Assembly (NCBI RefSeq): GCF_000009045.1
Contig: NC_000964.3
Location: 3,038,001 to 3,102,000 of the forward strand
Length of the DNA: 64,000 nucleotides
Source: Bacillus subtilis subsp. subtilis str. 168
GTDB lineage: Bacteria; Bacillota; Bacilli; Bacillales; Bacillaceae
Direction: 5' to 3'
Part shown: piece by piece, positions 11,725-22,394 of the stretch
Layout of the letters: the number at the start of each line of letters is the position of its first letter
How positions within the stretch are numbered: the first letter of the stretch is position 1
Made by a program: the position numbers and the translations under genes
Notes under the pieces: model-generated
What the model was told of the DNA's origin: nothing
The model's input: the letters and a program-made list of their open reading frames with translations, nothing else
The model's database searches: none

Positions 11725-14583
11725 TTATTCGTTTATTAAATCACTTGCTGTGATCAGCACCTCTCGAGGCTTGCTTCCTTTTGCCTCAGAGATCATGCCT
11801 TCCGCTTCCATCATGTCGATCAGCCTTGCCGCACGATTGTAACCGATTCTGAATCTTCTTTGCAGGCTTGAAGTGCTCGCACTGTTTTGCTCTACAACAA
11901 ACTCACACGCTTCGTAAAACAGTTCGTCCTCTTCTTTCAGGGCAGATCCTTGTCTTACGAGCTCTTCTTGTTCAAATAAATAGGTCGGCGGCATTTGGCT
12001 TCTGACGTGGGAAACGACGCGGTCGATTTCCCGGTCTGACACAAAGTTACCTTGCAGACGAACCGGTTTTCCCGAGCCGTTTTCCAAAAAGAGCATATCC
12101 CCTTTTCCGAGAAGCTTTTCTGCACCGGCTATATCAATAATTGTTCGGGAATCAACCTGGCTTGAGACAGAAAAGGCGATTCTCGTTGGGATATTCGCCT
12201 TAATCAGACCTGTAATGACATCGACTGACGGACGCTGAGTTGCGACGAGAAGATGGATACCGCACGCTCTGGCTTTTTGGGCGATCCGCGCAATGCTTTC
12301 TTCCACATCGTTTGGAGCCACCATCATCAAATCTGCAAGCTCATCAATAATGACAACTAAATACGGCAGCTTTTCACCCATTTGGTGTTCAGCGGTTAAT
12401 TGATTAAAGCGGTCAATGTCGCGGACACCTGAATGGGCAAAAAGCTCATAGCGGCGCTCCATTTCCTCAACGACCCATTTCAAAGCAGCCGTAGCCGCTT
12501 TAGCATCAGTAATGACCGGGCTGACGAGGTGAGGAATTTTATTGTAAGGGGCCAGCTCTACCATTTTCGGATCAATCAGCAGCACCTTTACCTCACTCGG
12601 GTCAGCTTTATAAAGCAGGCTTACTAATATTGTATTGATGCATACGCTTTTTCCGGAGCCTGTAGCGCCGGCAATCAAGCCATGCGGCATTTTCTTCAAG
12701 TCGATAACAACAGGATTTCCCGAAATATCTAATCCCAGCGCAGCTGTGAGCGGTGACTTGCTTGTCCTGAAAGCTGAGCTGCGAATCATTTGGCGCAAAT
12801 CAACCACCTTGCTCGTGCGGTTCGGCACTTCAATTCCGATCGTGTTTTTCCCCGGAATCGGCGCTTCAATCCGAATATCTTTAGCTGAGAGACTGAGTTT
12901 AATATCATCGGACAAGTTGGTGATTTTATTCACCTTTACACCCGGTTCAGGATGCACTTCAAATCTCGTGACAGACGGACCCTGGGTTACATGGACCACA
13001 TTGGCGCGGACATTGAAATTTTTCAAGGTCAAATCAAGAAGCTGACGCTGTTCTTCGATCCACGCAGTATCATCTTGAACCTGCGCTGGCGGGACATCAA
13101 GCAGTGCAACATTCGGAAATACATAGCTGCCGCGGCGCTCCTCTGCTTTTTGCTGTTTATGCGTATCTCTTTTCAGCATCATCACATTAAAAGGAACGGA
13201 TGGCCCTTTTTGAGAAGATGCGCTTTGTTCAGTCCTTTTCTCCTGTACACCAGGCCTTTTTTTCGGCTCTTCTGAAGCTTCGCGAGGTTTGTCTGCGCGA
13301 ATTTCCTGCCGGTTTTCAAGAGTTGCAGTAGACGATTTGGAACCCTGCTCCATGTGTTCAGTTTTCTCAAGCTCTGTATGGCTGTCTGGCTGAACATCTA
13401 TCTTCGTTTCCTGAGCCTCTCCCAGGGTGTCATAATGATTATTTATTATGCTTTCTGATGGCTCTTCTGATTCTTTTGCCACAGTTTCTGCTTGAGCCAG
13501 AGCCTCTGATGAATACTCATGATCAGTAAATAAAGGCTCTTCCTGACGAATGTCCATTTGTTCTTCTTGAACGAACGGGGACTCAGCACCTTCTGCCGCG
13601 TTTTCATGATGATTGTATACTGGGCTGTCTGACGGCTCTTTTGCTTTTTCATCCTCAGATACTGCCTCTGTCTGAGATTCAGGAGCTGTTTGCTCTTCAT
13701 CAAGTTCAGCGGAGAAAACAGGCTCTTCAAATTTCTCTGGCTGCTGCTCCCTTTGTTCTTCCTCAGCCGTTGCAGGCTCTTCGCGGCCTACTTCACTGTC
13801 TGAAAGCCCTTCAGCCGCCGTATCTGTGAGCATCTCAGGCGGTGTTTGCTCTTCGGCTTGTTCAGCTGGGAAGAAAGGCTCCTCTTTTTCCGGCTGTTGA
13901 ACGCCTGACTCAAATGGCACTTTGTTACCTGACGGCTCGGCTGGCCGTTTCGCCAGCGCCTCATCATGCTCCGTATCCTTTCTGTTTAAAACGCCAGAAG
14001 GCTGTTTTTCAAATTGGGTATCCGGGAAGAAAGGACTTTCTATTTTGGAATGCGCCTGTGTGTCTGAAGCAGGATAGCCGCGTTCACGTTCGATCTCTTC
14101 TGACAGCAGTGTTACCTTCTCTTTTACCGATTTATCCGGTTCGTTCAATGTTTCAGAAGGCTTTTTCGGCACATCCTTTTTAACAGATGGTTTTTGATTG
14201 AATCCATAGACAGGCGAAGGGATATTTGTCGGTTTAAACGGTTTCTTCGCCGGCTCTGCTGCTTGATATGTATGCTGCTCTTCTTCATTTCTGGGACGCT
14301 CTCTGTAAGGTGCAGCACTTGGACGAGGCGCGGATTTCGGTTCGTCCGATGGTGTGCGGCGCCTTCTCAGGTCATGATTTTTGTATCCGTCAGGCACGAC
14401 TGGAAAACGGAATTTGCCTTTTGGATATTCATAATATATTTTAGGATCTTCCAATCTTTTTAATTGTCCTTCAGGATGATGTACTTCTTGTTGCTGCGGA
14501 ATTTGAGCGGGTTTTGTCTCCCGTTCAGCATCCTCTTCGCTTTCGCCTAAAAACAAATCAAAAAATTTATGAAGCCAACTCAT
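11725..14583 (-). CDS. sftA: Soluble FtsK/SpoIIIE-family DNA translocase
   Basis: C-terminal FtsK motor (AGATGSGKS, DELADLM) and gamma domain (SLQRRFRIGYNRAARL); acidic disordered linker; no TM segment. Confidence 0.97.
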   Translation of the reverse strand: MSWLHKFFDLFLGESEEDAERETKPAQIPQQQEVHHPEGQLKRLEDPKIYYEYPKGKFRFPVVPDGYKNHDLRRRRTPSDEPKSAPRPSAAPYRERPRNEEEQHTYQAAEPAKKPFKPTNIPSPVYGFNQKPSVKKDVPKKPSETLNEPDKSVKEKVTLLSEEIERERGYPASDTQAHSKIESPFFPDTQFEKQPSGVLNRKDTEHDEALAKRPAEPSGNKVPFESGVQQPEKEEPFFPAEQAEEQTPPEMLTDTAAEGLSDSEVGREEPATAEEEQREQQPEKFEEPVFSAELDEEQTAPESQTEAVSEDEKAKEPSDSPVYNHHENAAEGAESPFVQEEQMDIRQEEPLFTDHEYSSEALAQAETVAKESEEPSESIINNHYDTLGEAQETKIDVQPDSHTELEKTEHMEQGSKSSTATLENRQEIRADKPREASEEPKKRPGVQEKRTEQSASSQKGPSVPFNVMMLKRDTHKQQKAEERRGSYVFPNVALLDVPPAQVQDDTAWIEEQRQLLDLTLKNFNVRANVVHVTQGPSVTRFEVHPEPGVKVNKITNLSDDIKLSLSAKDIRIEAPIPGKNTIGIEVPNRTSKVVDLRQMIRSSAFRTSKSPLTAALGLDISGNPVVIDLKKMPHGLIAGATGSGKSVCINTILVSLLYKADPSEVKVLLIDPKMVELAPYNKIPHLVSPVITDAKAATAALKWVVEEMERRYELFAHSGVRDIDRFNQLTAEHQMGEKLPYLVVIIDELADLMMVAPNDVEESIARIAQKARACGIHLLVATQRPSVDVITGLIKANIPTRIAFSVSSQVDSRTIIDIAGAEKLLGKGDMLFLENGSGKPVRLQGNFVSDREIDRVVSHVRSQMPPTYLFEQEELVRQGSALKEEDELFYEACEFVVEQNSASTSSLQRRFRIGYNRAARLIDMMEAEGMISEAKGSKPREVLITASDLINE
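13678..13899 (-). repeat. Imperfect intragenic duplication (two copies of about 22 aa) in the SftA linker
   Basis: QQPEKEEPFFPAEQAEEQTPPE (13899-13834) versus QQPEKFEEPVFSAELDEEQTAPE (13746-13678); core about 40/51 nt identical by eye. Confidence 0.75.
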
Positions 14584-14675
14584 AATTTATCTCTAACTCC
14601 CTTATAGTTTTCTGGGACGGTTTTTAGTATACCACTGCTGGTCGGCCCAGAAAAGATTAAGCTATCAGCAGAAAC

Positions 14676-14706
14676 AAAGCCGCTAAACAAGGGCTTAGCG
14701 GCTTTT
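14676..14706. terminator. Hairpin/terminator after ytpR
   Basis: AAAGCCGCTAA-8nt-TTAGCGGCTTT. Confidence 0.75.
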
Positions 14707-14742
14707 CACATGATTCGTTTTTTTTGGCGGATTTATGGGAGT

Positions 14743-15348
14743 CTAAAACTGAAATGCGTCTCCCGCCTCATAGTCTCCTTCTAACACAAGGATTCCTTTT
14801 TCAGCAGGGGCATCCGGCAAATCAAGCTCTTTCGCTGAGCAGATCATCCCGCTTGACGGAACGCCACGAAGCTCTGCATCCTTAATGACAAGTCCGCTAG
14901 GCATCACAGCACCGACTTTGGCAACGACAACTTTTTGGCCTTGGTCAACGTTAGGCGCGCCGCAGACGATCTGAAGCGTTTCTTCTCCTACGTTGACTTT
15001 ACATACGCTTAATTTATCCGCATTCGGATGTTTTTCTTTTGATTCTACATAACCCACAACAAACTTCGGAGATAAATCAACGACTAATGTTTCTTCAACG
15101 CCGTTTCTGTTTAAAATCTCATTCACATCTTGCACGAATGTTTCTGAGAGCGCAACAGGGCCGTTTTCATCAATGGTCAAGTAAGAAGACGCATTGAAAA
15201 TGTTGAAGCCCGTTGTTTCTTTTGTTTCGTTATTGAAAATTTTGACGACGTCGCCGTGTTTTTCATAGCCTAATTGTTCGCGTGTCACATCTTGAAGAGA
15301 GATCAGGAGCGTGTCTCCCACACCTTCTTTATTATAAAAAGCGTTCAT
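14743..15348 (-). CDS. ytpR: tRNA-binding OB-fold protein (PheT/EMAP-like C-domain)
   Basis: [15 protein letters not shown] and [12 protein letters not shown] motifs. Confidence 0.93.
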   Translation of the reverse strand: MNAFYNKEGVGDTLLISLQDVTREQLGYEKHGDVVKIFNNETKETTGFNIFNASSYLTIDENGPVALSETFVQDVNEILNRNGVEETLVVDLSPKFVVGYVESKEKHPNADKLSVCKVNVGEETLQIVCGAPNVDQGQKVVVAKVGAVMPSGLVIKDAELRGVPSSGMICSAKELDLPDAPAEKGILVLEGDYEAGDAFQF

Positions 15349-15363
15349 AAGTAAAAATCCTTT

Positions 15364-16173
15364 CTAATCCTTTTTCGGACGGCTTTTCGCCAGGATAAAC
15401 ACCGGTTCCAGCTTTCCTTCATTGTACAAAAATGATAGGGCGGTAATCGGGACGGTGCCGCCTGCAAAGAAGCTCATCGACATTTGTCCTAGAATATCAT
15501 ACCCCGATTCATTCCGGATGTCAGCAAGAATCAAAACGTCCTGATGAGGAACAGAGATCGCCAGCTCACCTTCTGCATGCTGCTTATACTCATTTAAGAT
15601 CGCTTCGTTCAAAATCCGGCTTGCGTCGTATCCGTCGTTTGCCCTGAAGAAATAAAAGTAATTGCCGGCAACCGTATCCTCTTTGACAACCGTCGGCAGG
15701 GAACGGAGATTAAATGCGGCCGTCTCTCTGATCCGCTCTTTTGTCCAGTTTTCTTTCTCAAGCATGCGCTGGTCAATTAAACGGTAGGTTTTCCCGAGAT
15801 CTAGCGCGTAATAAATTCTTGTCTCTGCGGTATGATCGTCATAAATGAGCGGGATATCTTCGCTGGACTTGTCCGGGAAGGAAGTCGAGCGGATGACCGG
15901 ATAAATGCGAGTTTCTTTCCCGGTCATTTCCTGAGCCTTCCCTTCCATTGCCGTCATCGCTTCGGAGACATAGTACACGATCTCATCAATGGCTTCGTCT
16001 TTTTTCAGTTCCCATTTTGCAATAATCGGCGGCAAATCGAGTGTAATCCCTTTTTTAGTCGTTTGATCCTCAACACGGAGGGTGTCTTTTTCTCTGTCAA
16101 ACAGAAAGGAGCGATTCTCGTGCTGAAGGCGCTGCTTCAGTATATCTGACAGCTTCCTTGAGGTCATTTTCAA
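15364..16173 (-). CDS. ytpQ: DUF1444 family protein
   Basis: Recognised sequence and position between ytpP and ytpR; TTG start. Confidence 0.85.
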   Translation of the reverse strand: MKMTSRKLSDILKQRLQHENRSFLFDREKDTLRVEDQTTKKGITLDLPPIIAKWELKKDEAIDEIVYYVSEAMTAMEGKAQEMTGKETRIYPVIRSTSFPDKSSEDIPLIYDDHTAETRIYYALDLGKTYRLIDQRMLEKENWTKERIRETAAFNLRSLPTVVKEDTVAGNYFYFFRANDGYDASRILNEAILNEYKQHAEGELAISVPHQDVLILADIRNESGYDILGQMSMSFFAGGTVPITALSFLYNEGKLEPVFILAKSRPKKD

Positions 16174-16187
16174 ACCGATGTCCTCCT

Positions 16188-16511
16188 TTACGCTTTAGCG
16201 AGAGAGTCTGTTAAAAACTGTTCAATTTCTTCTTTTGTTTTGCGGTCTTTGCTCACAAAACGATTTACTTCTTTTCCTTCATTAAACACCACAAAGCTTG
16301 GGATTCCGTAAATTTCCCACTCTGCACATGTATCAATGAATTTGTCACGGTCTACGTAGTAGTAGGTGAATTCAGGGAAATTCGCTTCCAGTTCAGGCAG
16401 GAAAGGCTCTACAAAACGGCAATCCGGGCACCAATCGGCCGAAAACATAAATACAGACCAATCATCCTTTACCGCTTTTTCCAGCTCTTGAGTTGATTCA
16501 ATTTTTTTCAT
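16188..16511 (-). CDS. ytpP: Thioredoxin-like protein
   Basis: WCPDC active site and cis-Pro GIPSF. Confidence 0.93.
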
Positions 16512-16745
16512 TTCATATCCCTCCAGTTGTTTATGTTCTTACATGTTTTTTATCGATACTCGTCCATTTGGATCATACCAAACTGCTTGAGGCAAAACCA
16601 CTTATATGCAACGAATGAATATGTAAGATTGGCTTTCCCATTATCATTATCATATTTTATTTGCATTATCAAGCTCGTTTCGTTTAACATCGTGTACATG
16701 AGGGTGAAATTTACAGATGGATATACATAAGGAGGGATTTTTATT

Positions 16746-17192
16746 ATGGAGTTTATCGTCTATTTAGCAGGAGAAATCCACAGCAATTGGCGCGAGGAAA
16801 TTAAAGAAAAAACAAAATCACTGAAGCTCCCGATTACGTTTGTTGGCCCGATGGAGAATCATGACCGCTCAGACAATATTGGTGAAGAAATTATGGGCGT
16901 ACAGCCAAATGCCGTTTTAAAGGATGACAAAGCCTCTGACATCAACAACTTCAGAACCGCCGTCCTGATGAATAAAGCAGACTTTGTGATCGCCCTGTTT
17001 GGCGAAAAGTACAAACAGTGGAACACGGCAATGGATGCATCATATGCGATCGCAAAAGGAAAACCCCTGATTATCATCCGGCCGGAATCGCTCCACCATC
17101 CTTTAAAAGAGCTTTCCAATAAAGCGAATATTACGGTTGAAACCGTTAACCAAGCCATTAAGGCCCTTTCCTATCTATTTGAAACAGAATAA
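16746..17192 (+). CDS. ytoQ: YtoQ family protein (nucleoside 2'-deoxyribosyltransferase-like fold)
   Basis: N-terminal VYLAG and C-terminal WNTAMDASYAIAKGKP motifs; AAGGAGGG RBS. Confidence 0.85.
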   Translation: MEFIVYLAGEIHSNWREEIKEKTKSLKLPITFVGPMENHDRSDNIGEEIMGVQPNAVLKDDKASDINNFRTAVLMNKADFVIALFGEKYKQWNTAMDASYAIAKGKPLIIIRPESLHHPLKELSNKANITVETVNQAIKALSYLFETE

Positions 17193-17193
17193 G

Positions 17194-17239
17194 AAAAAAG
17201 CTTGTCGATCCGGGCTTACTGCTCGTTCAACAAGCTTTT
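17194..17239. terminator. Bidirectional terminator ytoQ/ytoP
   Basis: AAAAGCTTGT...ACAAGCTTTT outer arms with an inner CGGGC/GCTCG stem. Confidence 0.65.
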
Positions 17240-17246
17240 ATGAAAC

Positions 17247-18320
17247 CTACATATTTTCTTTAATCGCATCCACTGTCTGCTTATCGCAGGCTGTTACAAG
17301 TTTGATGAGCATTTCTTTAGCAGCAGCATAATCATCAATATGAATGATAGTAGCGTTTGTATGAATATAGCGGGAACATATTCCGATAACCGCTGACGGC
17401 ACACCGCTGTTCGAAATATGAACCTTGCCTGCGTCTGTTCCCCCGCCGGATACAAAATATTGATATGGAATATCATGCGTTTCAGCCATATCAAGAACGA
17501 ATTCCCTCATTCCGCGATGCATGACTGTCGTTCTGTCAAGAATGCGCAGCAAAAAGCCTTTTCCAAGCTGGCCGAATTCATTTTTGTCTCCGCTCATATC
17601 GTTTGCCGGGCTGGCGTCAAGGGCGAAAAACAAGTCCGGTTTAATCATATGAGAAGCCGTCTGCGCGCCCCTTAGCCCTACTTCTTCCTGAACCGTTGCA
17701 CCCGCATAGAGTGTATTCGGAAGCTCTTTACCGTGTAATTCCTTCAGAAGTTCAATGCTTAAGCCGCATCCATATCTGTTATCCCATGCTTTTGATAAAA
17801 TTTTCTTTTCATTCGCCATCGTCGTAAACGGACAAACAGGCACGATCTGCTGTCCCGGTCTAATGCCGATTTTGATGGCGTCTTCCTTATCATCCGCTCC
17901 AATGTCGATCATCATGTTTTTGATATCCATCGGTCGGTTTCGCTGCGCATCTGTCAATAAATGCGGCGGTATGCTTGAAATCACACCCGGAACCGGCCCG
18001 TTATCTGTTTGAATTTCAACCCGCTGCGCAAGCAAAACTTGGCTCCACCAGCCTCCGAGCGTCTGGAATCTGAGCAGCCCGTTGTCTGTAATGGATGTCA
18101 CCATGAAGCCGACTTCGTCCATGTGCCCGGCTACCATAATTCTCGGTGCGTCCTCTGCGCCTCGTCTGACTCCGAAAACACTTCCCAGTCTGTCCTGAAC
18201 GATGTCATCTGCATATTTGGCTAGCTCCTGCTTCATAAAAGCACGAACCTGATGCTCATTGCCCGGCGCGCCGGGAAGCTGCGTCAGTGTTTGGAAAAGC
18301 GCTTTCGTTTCTTGATTCAT
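17247..18320 (-). CDS. ytoP: M42 family aminopeptidase
   Basis: [14 protein letters not shown] and QEEVGLRGA motifs. Confidence 0.94.
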
Positions 18321-18417
18321 GTTTTCCCCTCATTTCTATGTAGTCCTTTTATTTTATTAGAAACAATGAAGTTTTCCAAGCACTCTGACCCAATCTGCTC
18401 GATCAGCCGCGTATTGC

Positions 18418-18446
18418 TTAACAGGATTTGGCTGTTTCTGTATAAT
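18418..18446 (+). promoter_or_regulatory. sigmaA promoter of ytzB
   Basis: TTAACA-N17-TATAAT. Confidence 0.75.
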
Positions 18447-18478
18447 GAAAAGTACGATCAACCAGGAGGTGCTTTATT

Positions 18479-18796
18479 TTGAAATTGCGTCATCTTCTTT
18501 TAGGAGCAGGACTTGGAATTTGTACGGCTGTCGTTGTGAGACAATATGTGATGAAGCCTTATATTTCTTCAGAAAAAGCGCTTCGAATTGTAAAATCTGC
18601 TTTTAAGCAGCGGGGCCCGATTGACGGATCATGGATTTACACCCAGCCGGAGCCCTACAATATTAACGGAGAAACGGTACAGGTATACAAAACCGGCATT
18701 ACACGATCAGCTTTCGGAGAATTAGAACAGTATGAAGTCATGGTGGATGCGAAAACGGGAGAAATTGTTGATGTCATTGATACAATCGCCTCTTAA
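18479..18796 (+). CDS. ytzB: Membrane-anchored PepSY-domain protein
   Basis: N-terminal hydrophobic helix; C-terminal YEVMVDAKTGEIV PepSY signature; TTG start after GGAGG. Confidence 0.88.
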   Translation: MKLRHLLLGAGLGICTAVVVRQYVMKPYISSEKALRIVKSAFKQRGPIDGSWIYTQPEPYNINGETVQVYKTGITRSAFGELEQYEVMVDAKTGEIVDVIDTIAS

Positions 18797-18809
18797 CACC
18801 GGACAAGCA

Positions 18810-18847
18810 AAAAATAGAAGCCGCTGCCTATGCAGCGGCTCTTTTTT
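18810..18847. terminator. Bidirectional terminator ytzB/malS
   Basis: AGCCGCTGC-4nt-GCAGCGGCT flanked by A- and T-tracts. Confidence 0.85.
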
Positions 18848-18848
18848 A

Positions 18849-20549
18849 TTATATCGCGCGAATCGGTTTGTATACCGGATACCACATCGCATCCTGCACT
18901 GCCTGTATAATGTCTTCAGGCTCTTCCGTAGCGACGCCTTCCTTCATTGCGGTTTTTGCAACTTCAACAGCAACGGTTGCCGAAACAGTGCGCAAATCTT
19001 CAACTTTTGGAAGCATCGGCGCCCCAGGCACCCCGACATTGACCATACCTGCGATTGCCCGGGCACATGCTTCAAACATGCCGTCGGTAATTAATTTTGA
19101 TTTTGTAACAATCGTTCCAAGACCGAGACCAGGGAAGACAAGCGCGTTGTTTGCCTGCCCGATATGATACGTAACTCCGTTATATTCAACTGGCGGGAAC
19201 GGGCTTCCTGTCGTGATCAGCGCACGGCCTTCTGTCCATTCGATTAAATCCTCCGGCTTTGCTTCAGAAAGAGTTGTCGGATTTGACATTGGCAAAATCG
19301 CCGGCCGTTTCACATGTGACGCCATTTCTTTTACAATTTCTTCAGTGAAAGCGCCGGAAACCGTAGATGTGCCGATCAGGATCGTCGGTTTCGCCTGCCG
19401 AACCACTTCAAGAAGATCAATGCCTCCGCCGTCTCCGTTCCGCTGATAATCCTTCACTTCATCAGCCGAACGGGCATACGGCTTTTGGAAATCAAGAAGC
19501 TGATCCATATCATCTGTTAACAGCCCGTTCCTGTCTATGCACCAGAAGCGCTTGTATGATTCTTCTTCACTCAGTCCCTCGCGCACCAATGCTTCCCGCA
19601 GCTGTTCGGCAATTCCGATTCCTGCCGTTCCCGCTCCGAATATAACAACTCTGTGATCTCTCAGCGGAACTTTAGACGCTTTTGCACAGGATAAGACTGC
19701 GGCCAAAGAAACAGCGCCAGTTCCTTGGATATCATCATTGAAGGTACACACTTTATCTTTATAGCGTTTCAAAATGCTTCGCGCGTTTTTCGCCCCGAAA
19801 TCCTCCCAATGCAGCAATGCATTCGGAAATGTTTCTCTCGCCAGCGCAACGTAGTCGTCAATAAATTGGTCATAACGTTCCCCGCGCACTCTGGAATGCT
19901 GGTTGCCGACATAAAGCGGGTCGTTCAAGAGGCTCTCCTGATTTGTCCCCGCATCTAAAACAACAGCCAGCACTCTGCTCGGATCAATGCCCGCAGCCGC
20001 TGTATAAACCGCCAGCTTGCCAATAGAAATTGCGATTCCTCCGACGCCCCAGTCACCGATTCCTAAAATTCCTTCCGCATCAGTTGCAACAATTAAATCG
20101 ATCGTATCGCTTTGATCTTTATACTGTTTAAAAGCTTCTTTCATACCGTCCGGGTCATCGATTGACAGATAGAGCCCTCGTGGTTTTCTGTATTCATGGC
20201 TGTATCTCTGAATTGCCGTTCCGACTGTCGGTGTGTAGACAATCGGGAGCATTTCCCCTAAATGGTCATTTAACAGGCGGTAAAACAGCGTTTCATTCCG
20301 ATCGTGCAGCGCCGTTAAATAGACATTTTTGCTCAAATCGTCAGGCTGTGCGGAATATTGTTCATACGCTCTTTTCGCCTGATCATCAATTGTTAATACC
20401 TTGGGCGGCAGAAAGCCTTTTAAACCAAGTTCTTTTCTTTCTTCCTCAGTAAAAGCAACACCTTTGTTCAAAAAAGGAACAGAGAGCACTTCAAGGCCTC
20501 TTAATGTTGTTTGAATGTCTCCTTCGTTTGTTACTCTGAATTGTTTCAC
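18849..20549 (-). CDS. malS: NAD-dependent malic enzyme
   Basis: [18 protein letters not shown] and GAGTAG motifs; GTG start. Confidence 0.95.
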   Translation of the reverse strand: MKQFRVTNEGDIQTTLRGLEVLSVPFLNKGVAFTEEERKELGLKGFLPPKVLTIDDQAKRAYEQYSAQPDDLSKNVYLTALHDRNETLFYRLLNDHLGEMLPIVYTPTVGTAIQRYSHEYRKPRGLYLSIDDPDGMKEAFKQYKDQSDTIDLIVATDAEGILGIGDWGVGGIAISIGKLAVYTAAAGIDPSRVLAVVLDAGTNQESLLNDPLYVGNQHSRVRGERYDQFIDDYVALARETFPNALLHWEDFGAKNARSILKRYKDKVCTFNDDIQGTGAVSLAAVLSCAKASKVPLRDHRVVIFGAGTAGIGIAEQLREALVREGLSEEESYKRFWCIDRNGLLTDDMDQLLDFQKPYARSADEVKDYQRNGDGGGIDLLEVVRQAKPTILIGTSTVSGAFTEEIVKEMASHVKRPAILPMSNPTTLSEAKPEDLIEWTEGRALITTGSPFPPVEYNGVTYHIGQANNALVFPGLGLGTIVTKSKLITDGMFEACARAIAGMVNVGVPGAPMLPKVEDLRTVSATVAVEVAKTAMKEGVATEEPEDIIQAVQDAMWYPVYKPIRAI

Positions 20550-20630
20550 CCTGCCTCTTCCTTTCTGAGCATAATAGTACTAGGTTTGCATTATTAGCCG
20601 GAAAACATGCAGGGTAAACATAAAAATATG

Positions 20631-21476
20631 CTATCGCTTCATTCGCTTAACTGACTTTTTGATGCTTCCGTCCTCCTCCCATTGAAGGGCGCGATACTCG
20701 GCATCATGGTAAAAAATAAACCAAGCATCTTTTTCTGCTGCGAACGCCTGCCATTTCTGCTTTTGCGGGATAGAGGTCATCGGATAATCATCGTAAGCCA
20801 GCACCCATAGCGGATTGCGGTGGGCATGTGTCGGCATCAGATCTGCCATATGTACGGCAGTTTCACCCGCATCCTCGCATATCAGGACACTGTGTCCGTC
20901 GCTATGGCCTCCGGTGTGATGCATTGTAATACCCTCTGTGATCGTTAAGGTGTCTTCAAAGGTTTTGACTTGGCCAGCTACAGCCTCCCAATTTTCTTTC
21001 CAATACGTATTTTTCGACCTGATATTCGGATGGCGCATTTCGTCCCATTCAACAGCTGATGTATAAATCACTGCATTCGGAAAGACAGAGACGAGCCGTT
21101 CACCTTCATATTCCGTTAAACCGCATGCATGATCAAAATGAAGGTGTGTCATTGCGATCACATCTATATCGGCAACCGTTAATCCGAGTGCAGCTAATGA
21201 GGGTTTCACATTCGACTCTTGTGTCACGCCATAGTTTCGTTTTTGTTTATCAGTCAGCTTGCCGTACCCAATTCCGGCGTCAATGATGATATTGAGCCCA
21301 TCCTTTTGAATCAAAATAGGGTCTGTTCTTAGTTCAATCTGGTTTTTTTCATTGACTGGATATTTTTTAGACCAAAGCGGCTTTGGCACAACGCCGAACA
21401 TGGCGCCTCCGTCCATATGCGTCACGCCTCCGTCAAGCCAGGTCAACGTGATGTTTCCAATTTTCATTGTTTCCAT
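20631..21476 (-). CDS. ytnP: Metallo-beta-lactamase-fold lactonase (quorum quenching)
   Basis: THLHFDH motif; start METMK chosen from poly-G RBS spacing. Confidence 0.92.
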
Positions 21477-21515
21477 TTTCACCCCCCCCTATCATCATGG
21501 TAGCAAACGGCCCAT

Positions 21516-21544
21516 AAAAAAAACAGACTCCTGTCAGAGTCTGT
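21516..21544 (-). terminator. trmB terminator
   Basis: ACAGACTC-6nt-GAGTCTGT followed by 7 T on the minus strand. Confidence 0.85.
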
Positions 21545-21546
21545 CT

Positions 21547-22188
21547 TTACGTTCTCCATTCAACCTCAGCCCGATAGATCGGCTGGCCGAGTGCAGAGAA
21601 TTTTTCTTCATATTCTGTCATAATATTGCCTTCCAGATTGCTGTTATGCAAATCGAGACTGACGTATGTCAGCAGGAGGCCGTACTCAGAGAAGCTCTTC
21701 AAAGAGTACTCAAATAAACCTCGGTTGTCCGTTTTAAAATGAATCGATCCGCCTTTGCCCATTACTTCTTCATATTTTTTGAGGAAGTGGGAATATGTCA
21801 GGCGGCGTTTTTCATGCCGTTTCTTCGGCCAAGGATCAGAAAAGTTCAAGTAGACCCGTTTCACTTCCCCCGGCTCAAACACATCCGTCAGCGTGTCCGC
21901 ATCTATATTCAGAAGCTTTACATTCTGCGCTTCGCTGTCTTTTACTTTTTGGACGGCTGTCACGATGACGCTTTTAAATAACTCAATACCAATATAATTG
22001 ATGTCGGGATTTTGTTTGGCCATACCAGAAATAAATTGGCCTTTTCCTGTACCAACCTCGATATGGATCGGATTGTCGTTGCCAAACACTGTGTTCCATT
22101 TCCCTTTATAATCAGCAGGATTGCTGATGGCAATATCTGCGTTTTCAGCCAAAAAGTCATCAGCCCAAGGCTTGTGGCGCATTCTCAT
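21547..22188 (-). CDS. trmB: tRNA (guanine-N7)-methyltransferase, 213 aa
   Basis: EVGTGKG SAM motif and [15 protein letters not shown]. Confidence 0.97.
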   Translation of the reverse strand: MRMRHKPWADDFLAENADIAISNPADYKGKWNTVFGNDNPIHIEVGTGKGQFISGMAKQNPDINYIGIELFKSVIVTAVQKVKDSEAQNVKLLNIDADTLTDVFEPGEVKRVYLNFSDPWPKKRHEKRRLTYSHFLKKYEEVMGKGGSIHFKTDNRGLFEYSLKSFSEYGLLLTYVSLDLHNSNLEGNIMTEYEEKFSALGQPIYRAEVEWRT

Positions 22189-22222
22189 ATGATTGACACC
22201 TCTATCTATTATTTCGACTAAC

Positions 22223-22251
22223 AACATACCATGAATTAAAAAGACCCGCAA
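22223..22251 (-). promoter_or_regulatory. sigmaA promoter of trmB
   Basis: TTGCGG-N17-TATGTT with extended -10 TG. Confidence 0.65.
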
Positions 22252-22291
22252 GCTCGTTTTTCCAGTGTATCTCTCTTAAGGCCGAGCGCAT

Positions 22292-22324
22292 AAAAAAAGA
22301 GGGTCCCGTCTGCTGGAACACTCC
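22292..22324 (-). terminator. Putative terminator of the ccrZ transcript, located beyond ytzH
   Basis: GGAG-t-GTTCC-agcagac-GGGAC-c-CTC followed by TTTTTTT. Confidence 0.6.
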
Positions 22325-22332
22325 TTTCCCAT

Positions 22333-22362
22333 GTATAAAAACGCTCTGTTTTGAACAATTTA
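22333..22362 (+). promoter_or_regulatory. Putative sigmaG/sigmaF promoter of ytzH
   Basis: GTATA-N18-CAATTTA matches GHATA-N18-CAWWHTA. Confidence 0.55.
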
Positions 22363-22394
22363 ACCCGTATGATACTGAAGGGATGTGTACCGTT

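Noticed and set aside
16527-16730. 67-aa ORF filling the ytpP-ytoQ spacer
   Set aside because: TTG start with no SD, in AT-rich divergent promoter DNA; unsupported without Ribo-seq.
22238-22261. Possible hairpin upstream of trmB
   Set aside because: Only A/T flanks pair and the core is mismatched; better explained as the -35 region.
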